A stretch of DNA of 64,000 bases. Origin: an uncultured Pelagibacteraceae bacterium. GTDB lineage: Bacteria > Pseudomonadota > Alphaproteobacteria > Pelagibacterales > Pelagibacteraceae. The notes beneath the pieces are model-generated. The model did no database searches. It worked only from the letters and a program-made list of their open reading frames with translations, and was not told the origin of the DNA. This document shows positions 27,136-36,618 of this stretch, in pieces. The DNA lies in assembly GCA_902510635.1 (NCBI GenBank), contig CABXCB010000001.1:5399-69398 (forward strand), in the 5' to 3' direction. The translations under genes were made by a program, and so were the position numbers. Position 1 is the stretch's first letter. Every line of letters begins with the position of its first letter.

Positions 27136-28815
27136 TTATTGTACTGTTTTAACAGCTGTTCTTTTCATAATAACAAACTGTTGTGCCATTGTTAAAATGT
27201 TGTTGACTGTCCAATAAATCACAAGACCTGATGGGAAGGGTGCCAATATTACAGTTAAAAAAAGTGGAAAGAACATAAATATTTTTGCTTGTATTGGATC
27301 TGGAGGTGTAGGGTTAAGTTTTTGTTGCAAATACATTGAAACTCCCATTAAACAAGGCCAAGCACCAATCAACAAAAATGAAGGTGGATCCCAGGGTATT
27401 ATCCCAAACAAATTGAAAATTGATGTAGGGTCTCTCTCTGATAAATCATGTATCCATCCAAAAAAAGGCTGATGTCTCATTTCTATAGTTACGAATAACA
27501 TCTTATAGATTGCAAAAAAGAAAGGTATTTGAATTAAAATTGGCAAACAACCAGAAAGAGGATTAATTTTTTCTTTTTTATATAATGCCATCATTTCTTG
27601 CTGTAATTTTGTTTTATCTTCTTTGTGAAGTTCTTTTAATCTTGTCATTTCTGGTTGAAGGACTTTCATTTTTGCCATTGATCTAAATGAATAGTTTGCT
27701 AGTGGAAAAAATGCCAATCTAATACAAAATGTAATTAAAACGATTGCTATTCCAAAATTACCAGAAATTTTGAAAAAGTAATCTATAGCAAAGAATAGTG
27801 GTTTAACTATAAAATAAAACCATCCCCAGTCTATTGCTAAATCGAATTTTTCTATTCCTAATTTTTCTGCGTACCCATCAATAATACTAACTTCTTTAGC
27901 TGCTACAATAATTTTAATATTATTTGACTTTGTTTCATTTGCTCCAATTGTAGTTGGTTTTGTTTCAATAAAATTAGCTTTGAATTTATTTTTGTATTCA
28001 AAATCTGCTTTAAATTCTTTATTTTTTTCAGGCACTAAGCTAGTGATCCAGTATTTGTCAGTTATTCCAAGCCATCCTTTTTTTGCATTTACTGAGTATT
28101 TTTTTTCTTCTATATCGTCATAATCTTGTTCTATTAGTTGTTCATCAAAAACGCCAAGGAGCCCTTCATGAAGTATATAAAAATTTGTTACTTCAGGTGC
28201 AGTATTTCTGACTATTTGACCATATGCATAAAAATTATATTTTTTTTCAGTTGTATTTTTTATGGATTGATTAACAGTAAATAAATATTCTTCATCTAAG
28301 CTTATTTTTTTTTCAAATATTATTCCTTGATCATTCTTCCATCTAAGATTTATTGGGTTATTTGGTGTGAGTTTATTATTTCCTACTACCTCCCATAAAG
28401 TTTTACTGTTTGGTATATCTATATTCTCATTATTTGTTGCCCAACCAGTTTCTACATAATATCCATCATTTAAATTACGTGGATTTAACAAAACTACTTG
28501 ATCATTTCCTTCTAATGTTTCAGTATATTTTTTGAATAATAAATCATCTATTGCAGCTCCTTTTAGAGATATTGATCCTTTTATGCTTATGTTATCAAAT
28601 TCAATTCTTTGATTCTTTGATTTTGCATCATCTCTAGAAATTTCTAATACTTTTTCTTCCACTTCTAAACTTGGAGCTTCAGTTGTTTCTATAACTTTGT
28701 TTCTTTCTTCATTAGCCTCTTTTAATTCTTGTGGACTTGGAGCCCAAAAAAGTGAATAAAGAATAATTACAGCTGCACTGAGAGATATTGCTGCAATAAC
28801 ATTTTTTGTATCCAT
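27136..28815 (-). CDS. yidC: Membrane protein insertase YidC
   Basis: IDWGWF, GNFGIAI, SMAKMK, NPLSGCLPILIQIP, GLVIYW. Confidence 0.97.
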   Translation of the reverse strand: MDTKNVIAAISLSAAVIILYSLFWAPSPQELKEANEERNKVIETTEAPSLEVEEKVLEISRDDAKSKNQRIEFDNISIKGSISLKGAAIDDLLFKKYTETLEGNDQVVLLNPRNLNDGYYVETGWATNNENIDIPNSKTLWEVVGNNKLTPNNPINLRWKNDQGIIFEKKISLDEEYLFTVNQSIKNTTEKKYNFYAYGQIVRNTAPEVTNFYILHEGLLGVFDEQLIEQDYDDIEEKKYSVNAKKGWLGITDKYWITSLVPEKNKEFKADFEYKNKFKANFIETKPTTIGANETKSNNIKIIVAAKEVSIIDGYAEKLGIEKFDLAIDWGWFYFIVKPLFFAIDYFFKISGNFGIAIVLITFCIRLAFFPLANYSFRSMAKMKVLQPEMTRLKELHKEDKTKLQQEMMALYKKEKINPLSGCLPILIQIPFFFAIYKMLFVTIEMRHQPFFGWIHDLSERDPTSIFNLFGIIPWDPPSFLLIGAWPCLMGVSMYLQQKLNPTPPDPIQAKIFMFFPLFLTVILAPFPSGLVIYWTVNNILTMAQQFVIMKRTAVKTVQ

Positions 28816-29061
28816 TTAATTTCTTTTCTTTTTTACGGGATCAAATCCACTTCCACCACCTAAAATTTTAATTGGATGACAAGACAAAATTCTTTTAGTA
28901 CCCAGCATACAGCCTTTTATAAATCCAAATTCTTTAAGACAATCAATAAAATATTCAGAACATGTTGGAAGATATCTACAATTATTTCCTAGCAAAGGTG
29001 ATAAAAATAACTGATAAAGTTTGATTAATGAAATTAATGCTTTAGAAAAAATGTTTATCAT
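28816..29061 (-). CDS. yidD: Membrane protein insertion efficiency factor YidD
   Basis: YQLFLSP, CRYLPTCSEY, RILSCHP, GFDPV; ATG at 29061 overlaps rnpA stop (ATGA). Confidence 0.93.
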   Translation of the reverse strand: MINIFSKALISLIKLYQLFLSPLLGNNCRYLPTCSEYFIDCLKEFGFIKGCMLGTKRILSCHPIKILGGGSGFDPVKKKRN

Positions 29062-29399
29062 TTTATTTTTTTGCAATTCTTTAAAATAGTTTCTTTAATA
29101 TCAGAAAAGTTTGCGTTTATAATTTCTTTTTTTGCAATAAACAAGTAAGAGTAATTTAAATTTATTTTAGTTTCTTTGACAATTTTATTCATTAAATTTT
29201 TAAGTCTTCTTTTTATCTTATTTCTTTTAACTGCATTACCTAATTTTTTTTGTACTACAAAGCTTATATTTAAATTTTTATTACTTTTATCAGAAAGAGT
29301 TTTAAAGAAAATAGTTAGATATTTATTAGACAATATTCTTCCTTTTAGTAGTGTCTTGAAATCTTCATTTTTCTTAAGACTCAGCAATTTGACACTCAT
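29058..29399 (-). CDS. rnpA: Ribonuclease P protein component
   Basis: LKKNEDF, KKLGNAVKRNKIKRRL; rpmH-rnpA-yidD-yidC order. Confidence 0.95.
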   Translation of the reverse strand: MSVKLLSLKKNEDFKTLLKGRILSNKYLTIFFKTLSDKSNKNLNISFVVQKKLGNAVKRNKIKRRLKNLMNKIVKETKINLNYSYLFIAKKEIINANFSDIKETILKNCKKIK

Positions 29400-29534
29400 C
29401 TAAACAGTAAGTTTTTTTCTACCTTTTGATCTTCTTCTAGCCAGCAATTTTTTTCCTCCTTTAGTTCTCATTTTAGATCTAAAGCCATGCCGTCTTTTTC
29501 TTACTAATCTGCTAGGTTGATATGTTCGTTTCAT
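29400..29534 (-). CDS. rpmH: 50S ribosomal protein L34 (not in ORF track)
   Basis: Manual translation [44 protein letters not shown]. Confidence 0.98.
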   Translation of the reverse strand: MKRTYQPSRLVRKRRHGFRSKMRTKGGKKLLARRRSKGRKKLTV

Positions 29535-29621
29535 AATAAGTTAATAAAAAGTATTTAAAATTTCGGTAGTTATAAGAAATAAGTGTATTAAAGTACAGTT
29601 AATTTTTTAAAAGATAATAGT

Positions 29622-30341
29622 ATGAATAAAGATAAAAATATTAAAATATATTTGGGTCTAGCTTATTTATTAATAGTTATATTATTTTTGTGGCTTATTT
29701 TTAATAAATTTACTTTTGATGAACTTACCAGTTATGACTTTATTAAAAATAATAGAGATTATCTGATTTCTTTAAGAGAAAGTAATTATTTTTTAATTTT
29801 ACTAATTTTTTTAATTTTTACAATTTTATGGGTTTTGCTTTTAGGTTTTGGAAGCCCAATTTTTCTGATGGGTGGATTTATTTTTGGCAAATGGTTAGGC
29901 ACAATCCTAGTTGTTTTTGGCTTATCAATAGGAGCCACATTGTTATACATTTTGTCAGCCTATTTTTTTAAAGATTTAATTATAAAAAAGTTTTCAAAAA
30001 AATTTACTAAATTAAATAAAAATTTCAAAAAAAATGAATTTTTGTTTTTCGTAATTTACAGATTAATAGGCGGAATTCCTTTTTCAATATCAAATATTTT
30101 ACCAGTTCTATTTAATATTAAAATTAGAAATTTCTTTTTTGGATCAGTAATTGGAATGACCCCACAACTTTTTATAGGAACGAGTATTGGAGCTGGAATT
30201 GAAAAGGTTATAAATTTAAATGAAGATCCACCAAGTTTGTTAATTCTTTTAAATTCCAAAGATATTTATATACCAATAATTAGTTTCATTATTTTTATAG
30301 TTTTGACTTATTTATTAAGAAAAAAAATTTATAAAAAGTAA
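29622..30341 (+). CDS. TVP38/TMEM64 (VTT/DedA superfamily) membrane protein
   Basis: Multi-TM; GGFIFG..GT..GAT, RLIGGIPF..N motifs. Confidence 0.85.
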   Translation: MNKDKNIKIYLGLAYLLIVILFLWLIFNKFTFDELTSYDFIKNNRDYLISLRESNYFLILLIFLIFTILWVLLLGFGSPIFLMGGFIFGKWLGTILVVFGLSIGATLLYILSAYFFKDLIIKKFSKKFTKLNKNFKKNEFLFFVIYRLIGGIPFSISNILPVLFNIKIRNFFFGSVIGMTPQLFIGTSIGAGIEKVINLNEDPPSLLILLNSKDIYIPIISFIIFIVLTYLLRKKIYKK

Positions 30342-30347
30342 TTTTAT

Positions 30348-30421
30348 TGGTGCCCCCACCAAGAATCGAACTTGAAATTCAACCTTACCATGGTCGCGTT
30401 ATACCATTTAACTATAAGGGC
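30348..30421 (-). tRNA. tRNA-Thr(GGT)
   Basis: Reverse complement GCCCTTATAGTTAAATGGTATAACGCGACC-ATGGTAA-GGTTGAATTTCAAGTTCGATTCTTGGTGGGGGCACCA folds as a cloverleaf with CCA. Confidence 0.93.
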
Positions 30422-30516
30422 AGTTTTTCGTTGTTTAGTGTATAAAATAAAAATTTTCAAATTATTGCCATTTTTATTTATTAAAAAACAGGCTATATCA
30501 TATTTAAGGAAATGCT

Positions 30517-30717
30517 ATGGGAATTCATTACGATTATAAAAGTACACGAGGAGCCAAAACAATGGAAAAGCAAGCTAAGAGAGAGAAAAAGCTTGCAGAA
30601 AAAAAAGCTAAGAGACAAGCTAAGACAGGATTCGTAAAAGAAAAAGAGCAGAATAAAACTATTCCTTTAGATCAAATTATTACACTGGATCATCTTACTA
30701 ATCCAGATAAGAAATAA
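30517..30717 (+). CDS. Small basic hypothetical protein
   Basis: 66 aa ORF with AAGGA RBS; Lys/Arg-rich helical middle. Confidence 0.75.
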   Translation: MGIHYDYKSTRGAKTMEKQAKREKKLAEKKAKRQAKTGFVKEKEQNKTIPLDQIITLDHLTNPDKK

Positions 30718-30819
30718 ATGAATAAAAAAAATAGGTTAAGTAAATTAGAAATTGCATTAAAAAAAAATTTAAAAAAAAGAAAAATTTTCCAAAAAAAACA
30801 AAAAAAACAAAAATATTAA
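30718..30819 (+). CDS. Small basic protein (33 aa, not in ORF track)
   Basis: [33 protein letters not shown]; ATG abuts the previous stop and TAA overlaps dcd ATG, filling the gap exactly. Confidence 0.7.
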   Translation: MNKKNRLSKLEIALKKNLKKRKIFQKKQKKQKY

Positions 30820-31373
30820 TGTCTGTCCAATCTGATAAATGGATTAAAAAAATGGCCAAGGAACATGGAATGATATCTCCATTTGAGGAAGAACAGGTAA
30901 GAGGAAATAAGATATCATTTGGAACTTCAAGTTACGGATATGATGCTCGTGTTAATTCTGAGTTTAAAATATTTACTAATGTTAATTCTGAGATAGTAGA
31001 TCCAAAAAATTTTAAGGCTACTAGTTTTGTTTCAAAAACAGGAACAGAATGTATTATACCTCCAAATTCTTTTGCTTTAGCGAGTACAGTTGAATATTTT
31101 AAAATTCCAAAAGATGTATTAGTAATTTGTCTAGGTAAATCGACATATGCTAGATGTGGAATAATTGTAAATGTAACCCCTCTTGAACCAGGCTGGGAAG
31201 GACATGTAACATTAGAATTTTCAAATACAACTCCATTACCAGCAAAAATATATGCAAATGAAGGAGTTGCTCAATTTATATTTCTAAGCGGAAATGAAGT
31301 GCCAGAAGTAACTTATGCTGACAGAAAAGGAAAATATATGGGTCAAAAAGGAGTAACTTTACCCAAAGTTTAA
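30819..31373 (+). CDS. dcd: dCTP deaminase
   Basis: [41 protein letters not shown]. Confidence 0.97.
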   Translation: MSVQSDKWIKKMAKEHGMISPFEEEQVRGNKISFGTSSYGYDARVNSEFKIFTNVNSEIVDPKNFKATSFVSKTGTECIIPPNSFALASTVEYFKIPKDVLVICLGKSTYARCGIIVNVTPLEPGWEGHVTLEFSNTTPLPAKIYANEGVAQFIFLSGNEVPEVTYADRKGKYMGQKGVTLPKV

Positions 31374-31375
31374 CA

Positions 31376-32635
31376 ATGGATAAATTAGAAGTTTTTGGAG
31401 CACAGAAGCTTAAGGGAAATATCAGTATTTCAGGTTCAAAGAATGCGGCCTTACCAATTTTGGCAGCAAGCATTTTATCAAATAAAAAAATTATTTTAAA
31501 TAATCTCCCAAATGTAAACGACATTAAGACAATGATAAAACTTTTAGAGTCAATTGGTTCTACTGTAAAATATTCACAAAAAAAAAATTCAATAATAATA
31601 CAAAATAAAAATAAAATTAAAACTTTTGCATCTTATAATTTAGTTAAAACGATGAGAGCTGGTATTCTTGTATTAGGACCAATGATGGCAAGATATGGAA
31701 AAGCAAAAGTTTCTACTCCAGGAGGATGTAGTATTGGAATTAGACCAATAGATATACATTTAAAAGCTTTGGGAAAATTAGGTGTAAACTATAAAATAGT
31801 TGATGGTTATGTCCATGCCAATTCTAAAAAAAAATTAAAAGGTACAAAAATTAAATTTTCAAAAGTATCAGTAGGAGCAACAGAAAATCTAGTTATAGCT
31901 TCATCTATGGCAGAAGGAACTACTATTTTATCTAACTGTGCTATTGAACCTGAAATAAAAGATTTAATTAATTTTATAAATTGTATGGGAGGGAGAATAA
32001 AATGGATTGGAAAAAGAACTATAAAAATTCAGGGAGTTAATAATTTTAGGGAAGTAAAATATACTATTATGCCTGACAGAATTGAAGCTGGCACATACTT
32101 AATTGCTGCAGCAGTAACAGAAGGTAATTTAAAAATATCAGGAATTAATCCTAATATAATAAAGACTGAATTAGATATATTCAAAAAACTGGGCTTAAAA
32201 ATAAAAACTGAAAAAAATCAAATCAATGTTATAGGAAGCAAGGATGTAAAAAGTATTAATTTAAAAACTTCTCCTTATCCAGGATTTCCAACAGATTTAC
32301 AAGCTCAATTAATGGTGTTGCTTTGTAAAAGTAAAAAACTTTCTATAATTAGCGAGGAAATTTTTGAAAACAGGTTTATGCATGTAGCCGAATTAAATCG
32401 TATGGGAGCAAAAATAAAAACAAAAGGAAATAAAGCATTCATTGAAGGAAATACAAATTTTAAATCAGCTGAATTAATGGCAACAGATTTAAGGGCATCA
32501 GTATCTTTAATTCTCGCAGCACTAATTGCAAAAGGAAAAACAACAATAAATAGAATATATCACTTAGACAGAGGATATGAACAAATAGAAAAAAAATTGA
32601 GAAAAGTAGGAGCTAAGATAAGAAGAATTTCCTAA
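31376..32635 (+). CDS. murA: UDP-N-acetylglucosamine 1-carboxyvinyltransferase
   Basis: SGSKNAALP, PGGCSIGIRP, SVGATEN, PDRIEAGT, PGFPTD, FENRF, DLRA, HLDRGY. Confidence 0.97.
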   Translation: MDKLEVFGAQKLKGNISISGSKNAALPILAASILSNKKIILNNLPNVNDIKTMIKLLESIGSTVKYSQKKNSIIIQNKNKIKTFASYNLVKTMRAGILVLGPMMARYGKAKVSTPGGCSIGIRPIDIHLKALGKLGVNYKIVDGYVHANSKKKLKGTKIKFSKVSVGATENLVIASSMAEGTTILSNCAIEPEIKDLINFINCMGGRIKWIGKRTIKIQGVNNFREVKYTIMPDRIEAGTYLIAAAVTEGNLKISGINPNIIKTELDIFKKLGLKIKTEKNQINVIGSKDVKSINLKTSPYPGFPTDLQAQLMVLLCKSKKLSIISEEIFENRFMHVAELNRMGAKIKTKGNKAFIEGNTNFKSAELMATDLRASVSLILAALIAKGKTTINRIYHLDRGYEQIEKKLRKVGAKIRRIS

Positions 32636-33034
32636 ATGAGTGAGAAAAAATATCTTGCAAAAATTATAGCAAAAGATCCAAATGGTCTGCAGGTAATATC
32701 TGCCTGTTGTTCGGATGGTAAAGTAAAAGTTGATGAGATAAAATTTCTAAAAAAAAATAAATTATTTTTACTATCAATTGAAAGATTTAAGAAAGAAAAA
32801 GATAAAAATCAAAAAATTAAAAGTATATGTAAATTTGAATTTGTAGATCGAGTTAAATCAAAAAATATTAACCAAAATGAAAAAGATATCATTTTAGAAC
32901 TGTTGACAATTAACCTTTTTAAACTGGGCGAGAATTTTGAGATTACACTTTTATTTAATAATAATGCATTTATAACATTATCCACAGAAGTTTTGGAGAT
33001 AACTCTTGAAGATCAAAATAAATTAAATGATTAA
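32636..33034 (+). CDS. DUF2948 family protein
   Basis: LQVISA motif, size and murA-X-hisD position typical of alphaproteobacteria. Confidence 0.8.
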   Translation: MSEKKYLAKIIAKDPNGLQVISACCSDGKVKVDEIKFLKKNKLFLLSIERFKKEKDKNQKIKSICKFEFVDRVKSKNINQNEKDIILELLTINLFKLGENFEITLLFNNNAFITLSTEVLEITLEDQNKLND

Positions 33035-34292
33035 AATATTAGACTGTAAAAATTCAAATTATTTATCCAGATTAAAACTGATACTTGAGAAAAGGAGATC
33101 TGGAAGTAAAACTAATACAGATATTGTGACTAAAATTGTAAAGGATATAAAAAAAAACAAACAAAAAGCATTATTAAAGTACGAAAAAAAATTTAGTAAA
33201 AATAATAAAGTAAAACCAACAAAGAAAGAGATAAACAGATCAATAAAATCTTTAGATCCCAAAATAAAAAATGCAATTGATTTTGCTTATTCTAGAATTT
33301 TGAAATTTCATTCATTGCAAAAATCTAAAAATATTAAATATGTAGATAAACAAAATAATATAATTGAATATAAATTTATTCCTATCCAATCTGTTGGTAT
33401 ATACGTTCCATCTAATTTGCCGTCAACATTATTAATGAACGCAATTCTTGCAAAAAAAATTGCTGGGGTAAAAAGAGTTGTGCTTGCCAATCCAAGACTA
33501 AATGGAAAATTAGATCCTGCTGTAATGTATGCTGCAAAAAAATGTGGTATATCTGAAATAATAAGTGTTGGAGGTAGTCAAGCAATTGCTAGTTTGGCAT
33601 ATATTCAAAAAGTAAATAAAATAGTTGGGCCAGGAAATAATTATGTCGCCAGAGCTAAAAAAGAAGTTTTTGGAGATGTTGGGATAGAAGGAATAGCTGG
33701 GCCAAGCGAAATAACTGTTGTAGCAGATAAAAATACAAATTTAAAAGAAGTTTTGACATCTTTAGTTGGCCAAGCAGAGCATGACATTAATTCACAATGT
33801 ATACTGATAGTAAATAATCAAGATTTTATAAAATCTTTAAAAAAAGCTTTAAGTAATGAATTAAATAAAATTCCAAGAAAAGATATTGCTAAAAAAAGTC
33901 TTTTGAAAAATGGATTAATTATTAGAGCATATAACAATAAACAAATAATTGATTCAATTAATGAAATAGCTCCAGAACATTTAGAGTTGAATCTAAAAAA
34001 TTATAAAAAGTTAATAAGTAAAATAAATAATGTGGGAAGTATTTGCATTGGAAAATACTCTGCAATGGCTATTACAGATTATAATGTTGGAACAAACCAT
34101 GTTTTGCCAACACTTGGATCTGCAAAATTTTCTTCAGGATTGAATGTTGGTGAATTTTATAAAAAAATAAGCTACATAAAGTTATCTAAAAAAGGCATTG
34201 AAGTTATTGGTAAGAAAGCTATAACTCTTGCCGAGTATGAAGGTTTAATTGGTCATGCTCAAAGTATAAAATCTAGAATAAGGAGAAGTTAG
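33027..34292 (+). CDS. hisD: Histidinol dehydrogenase
   Basis: [29 protein letters not shown]. Confidence 0.96.
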   Translation: MIKILDCKNSNYLSRLKLILEKRRSGSKTNTDIVTKIVKDIKKNKQKALLKYEKKFSKNNKVKPTKKEINRSIKSLDPKIKNAIDFAYSRILKFHSLQKSKNIKYVDKQNNIIEYKFIPIQSVGIYVPSNLPSTLLMNAILAKKIAGVKRVVLANPRLNGKLDPAVMYAAKKCGISEIISVGGSQAIASLAYIQKVNKIVGPGNNYVARAKKEVFGDVGIEGIAGPSEITVVADKNTNLKEVLTSLVGQAEHDINSQCILIVNNQDFIKSLKKALSNELNKIPRKDIAKKSLLKNGLIIRAYNNKQIIDSINEIAPEHLELNLKNYKKLISKINNVGSICIGKYSAMAITDYNVGTNHVLPTLGSAKFSSGLNVGEFYKKISYIKLSKKGIEVIGKKAITLAEYEGLIGHAQSIKSRIRRS

Positions 34293-34294
34293 TT

Positions 34295-34510
34295 TTGGCA
34301 AAGCAAGATACACTTGAGTTCAAAGGAAAAGTTATTGACCTACTTCCTAATGCTATGTTCCGTGTGCAGTTAGAAAATAATCATATAATTACTGCTCATA
34401 CAGCTGGCAAATTAAGAAAAAATAGAATTCGAGTATTGCAGGGAGACAATGTTACAGTGGAAGTTACTCCATATGATCTAACTAAGGGTAGAATAATTTT
34501 TAGGTTTTAA
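34295..34510 (+). CDS. infA: Translation initiation factor IF-1
   Basis: [36 protein letters not shown]; TTG start with AGGAG RBS. Confidence 0.97.
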   Translation: MAKQDTLEFKGKVIDLLPNAMFRVQLENNHIITAHTAGKLRKNRIRVLQGDNVTVEVTPYDLTKGRIIFRF

Positions 34511-34512
34511 GT

Positions 34513-34587
34513 GGCCTTGTAGCTCAGTAGTAGAGCAGTACCCTGAAAAGGTATGTGTCGTTTGTGCGATTCAAACCAAGGCCACCA
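34513..34587 (+). tRNA. tRNA-Phe(GAA)
   Basis: GGCCTTG/CAAGGCC acceptor stem, GTACC-CTGAAAA-GGTAT anticodon arm, ACCA end; atypical D-loop (AGTAGTA) and T-loop (TGCGATT). Confidence 0.92.
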
Positions 34588-34703
34588 CAAAAATAATGTT
34601 AAAAATACACATTTCATTTAGCTTGCAATAGATATTAAAATCTAATAACTAATGTCCAAGCTAAATAATAGCTTAAGTTAATAACAATAAAAGAAAGAGT
34701 AAT

Positions 34704-34913
34704 ATGAGTCTAAAAGGTAAAGTAAAATGGTTCAATGGCAAAAAAGGTTATGGTTTCATTGAACGTGAAGATAAAGAAAAAGATGTATTCGTACATGCTT
34801 CAGCTGTAAGAGAAGCAGGTTTAAGATTTTTAAACGAAGGTGACGAATTAACATTTGAAGTTGAAGATGGTGATAAGGGCCCAAGTGCGGTCAAGCTAGA
34901 GAAGACAAGCTAA
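34704..34913 (+). CDS. Cold-shock domain protein (CspA family)
   Basis: GKVKWFN, KGYGFI (RNP1), DVFVHAS (RNP2). Confidence 0.96.
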   Translation: MSLKGKVKWFNGKKGYGFIEREDKEKDVFVHASAVREAGLRFLNEGDELTFEVEDGDKGPSAVKLEKTS

Positions 34914-34929
34914 TCTAATTCAATAAAAT

Positions 34930-34975
34930 TTGTATAGGAGTATTCTTAGTTTTGATCTAAGCTATTCCTATACAA
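34930..34975. terminator. Long hairpin after csp gene, probable terminator
   Basis: TTGTATAGGAGTA...CTTAG-loop-CTAAG...TATTCCTATACAA inverted repeat 16 nt after the csp stop, followed by TTCTT. Confidence 0.7.
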
Positions 34976-34982
34976 TTCTTCC

Positions 34983-35010
34983 TTGCATTTATAATTTTAG
35001 ATGCTATTAA
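34983..35010 (+). promoter_or_regulatory. Putative sigma70 promoter for the His leader/tRNA-His/hisS unit
   Basis: TTGCAT (34983-88), 16 nt spacer, TG-n-TATTAA (35005-10); predicted +1 close to the leader ATG at 35018. Confidence 0.55.
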
Positions 35011-35017
35011 ACTTACA

Positions 35018-35092
35018 ATGTTTAATAAAATTTACATATTTGTATCTAAACACAGACATCATTTTCATGCTGGCTGCACGCTAGCTATTTAA
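35018..35092 (+). CDS. Putative His-rich leader peptide (not in ORF track)
   Basis: MFNKIYIFVSKHRHHFHAGCTLAI*; 4 His codons within 6 codons, directly upstream of tRNA-His-hisS-hisZ-hisG. Confidence 0.8.
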   Translation: MFNKIYIFVSKHRHHFHAGCTLAI

Positions 35093-35141
35093 TCATTTAA
35101 TAAATTTAAATTTAATAACAATTAGTATAAAACAACAATAG

Positions 35142-35216
35142 GCCCTGGTGGTGAAATGGTTATCACGAAAGTTTGTGGAACTTTAGTTTTTGGTTCAATT
35201 CCAAGCCAGGGTACCA
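35142..35216 (+). tRNA. tRNA-His(GTG), alphaproteobacterial type with G1:U72 and A73
   Basis: GCCCTGG/CCAGGGT acceptor, GTGA/TCAC D-stem, AAAGT-TTGTGGA-ACTTT anticodon arm, TTCAATT T-loop, ACCA end. Confidence 0.95.
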
Positions 35217-35220
35217 AAAA

Positions 35221-36618
35221 ATGAAAATAGAAAATAAATTAATTCCTGGGTTACCGCCAGGTTTTGAAGATAGATGGGACAAAAAATTATCTCTTAAAAT
35301 AAAACTAATAAGAACAATAGAGAATAATTTTGTAAAATATGGATTTGATCCATTAGAAACACCATCTTTTGAAATTAGTGAAAATATAGGATCATTTCTT
35401 GCAGATGATGATAGCAATCCTATGTCCGATGTTTTTTCTTTTAAGGACGGCGAAAAAAATATTACCCTTCGATATGATCTATCAAGTCCATTAGCTAGAT
35501 TTGTGGCGCAAAATAATCAACAGCTTCCTTCAATTTACAAGCGATATGCGATTCAAAATGTTTTTCGAAATGAAAAAGCTGGAAATGCTCGATATAGAGA
35601 ATTTACCCAAGCTGATTGTGATATTGTAGGAAACGTTAATCCGGCACAAGCAAATGCTGAACTTTGTAATTTAATTGTAAGCACTATTCTGGCTTGTGGA
35701 TTAAAAAAAGACCAGTTTGTTGTTAATATTAGTAACAGAAAAATTGTTAAAGGTTTAATTGAAGAACTTAAAATATCTGCTGAAAAACAAGCAAAAGTTA
35801 TGAGAGCTATAGATAAGCTGGATAAGCCTGGTTTTGGATTAAAGGGAGTTGAAGACTTATTAAAAAAAGAAAGAATAGATATTAGCGGCGCAGTTACAAA
35901 AGGAGCAGATTTAAGCGATGGTGAATCTTCAGAAATAATTAACTTTTTAAAAATTAGAAATTTAAAAGAATTAAAGGACAGCTTAAAAAATCCATTATCT
36001 CAAGAAGGAATTAAAGAATTAGAAGACTTGTTAGAGATAGCAAGTTATGGAGATTATTTAGATCAGATAAAAACCAATTTTACAATTGTTAGAGGACTAG
36101 CTTATTATGATGGATTTTGTGTTGAAACAAATTTGAAGTTCAAAGTCACTAATAACAAAGGCAAAGAAGTTGATATTGGAAGTATTTGTTCAGGAGGGCA
36201 ATATAATAAATTAATTTCAAGATTTAAAGGAGTTGATATTCCTGGCACCGGGATGAGTATTGGTGTAGATCGACTGCTATTTGTAATGATGCAATTGAAA
36301 CAAATAAAAGTTGATGAAAAAAAACCAGTAATTGTATGTGTTATGGATGAAAAATATTTAAAAAATTATTATGAAATCTTAAAAGTATTAAGAGAAAATA
36401 ATATTAATTCAGAAATATTTTTAGATAGTAAGAAAAATCTTGGAAAACAATTAACTTATGCAAATAAAAGAGAGTGTCCTGTAGCTGTTATTTGTGGCGA
36501 GAATGAATTTAAAGAAAATACAGTTACTCTAAAAAATCTTCTAGGCATTAAAGGAGATAATAATCAAAAGACAGTTAAAAAAGAAAATTTAGTTAATGAA
36601 ATCAAAAAACTTATCTGA
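35221..36618 (+). CDS. hisS: Histidine--tRNA ligase
   Basis: PGFED, LRYDLSSPLARF, FRNEK..RYREFTQADCD, VRGLAYYDG, SGGQY, SIGVDRL; true start is ATG 35221 (the ORF-track start at 35173 lies inside tRNA-His). Confidence 0.95.
   Translation: MKIENKLIPGLPPGFEDRWDKKLSLKIKLIRTIENNFVKYGFDPLETPSFEISENIGSFLADDDSNPMSDVFSFKDGEKNITLRYDLSSPLARFVAQNNQQLPSIYKRYAIQNVFRNEKAGNARYREFTQADCDIVGNVNPAQANAELCNLIVSTILACGLKKDQFVVNISNRKIVKGLIEELKISAEKQAKVMRAIDKLDKPGFGLKGVEDLLKKERIDISGAVTKGADLSDGESSEIINFLKIRNLKELKDSLKNPLSQEGIKELEDLLEIASYGDYLDQIKTNFTIVRGLAYYDGFCVETNLKFKVTNNKGKEVDIGSICSGGQYNKLISRFKGVDIPGTGMSIGVDRLLFVMMQLKQIKVDEKKPVIVCVMDEKYLKNYYEILKVLRENNINSEIFLDSKKNLGKQLTYANKRECPVAVICGENEFKENTVTLKNLLGIKGDNNQKTVKKENLVNEIKKLI

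Noticed and set aside
35101-35114. TAAATTTAAATTTA palindrome between the His leader and tRNA-His as the attenuator terminator
   Set aside because: Pure AU stem, too weak, with no U-tract; likely chance
35173-35220. N-terminal extension of hisS in the ORF track (MWNFSFWF...)
   Set aside because: Lies entirely within tRNA-His; the real start is ATG 35221
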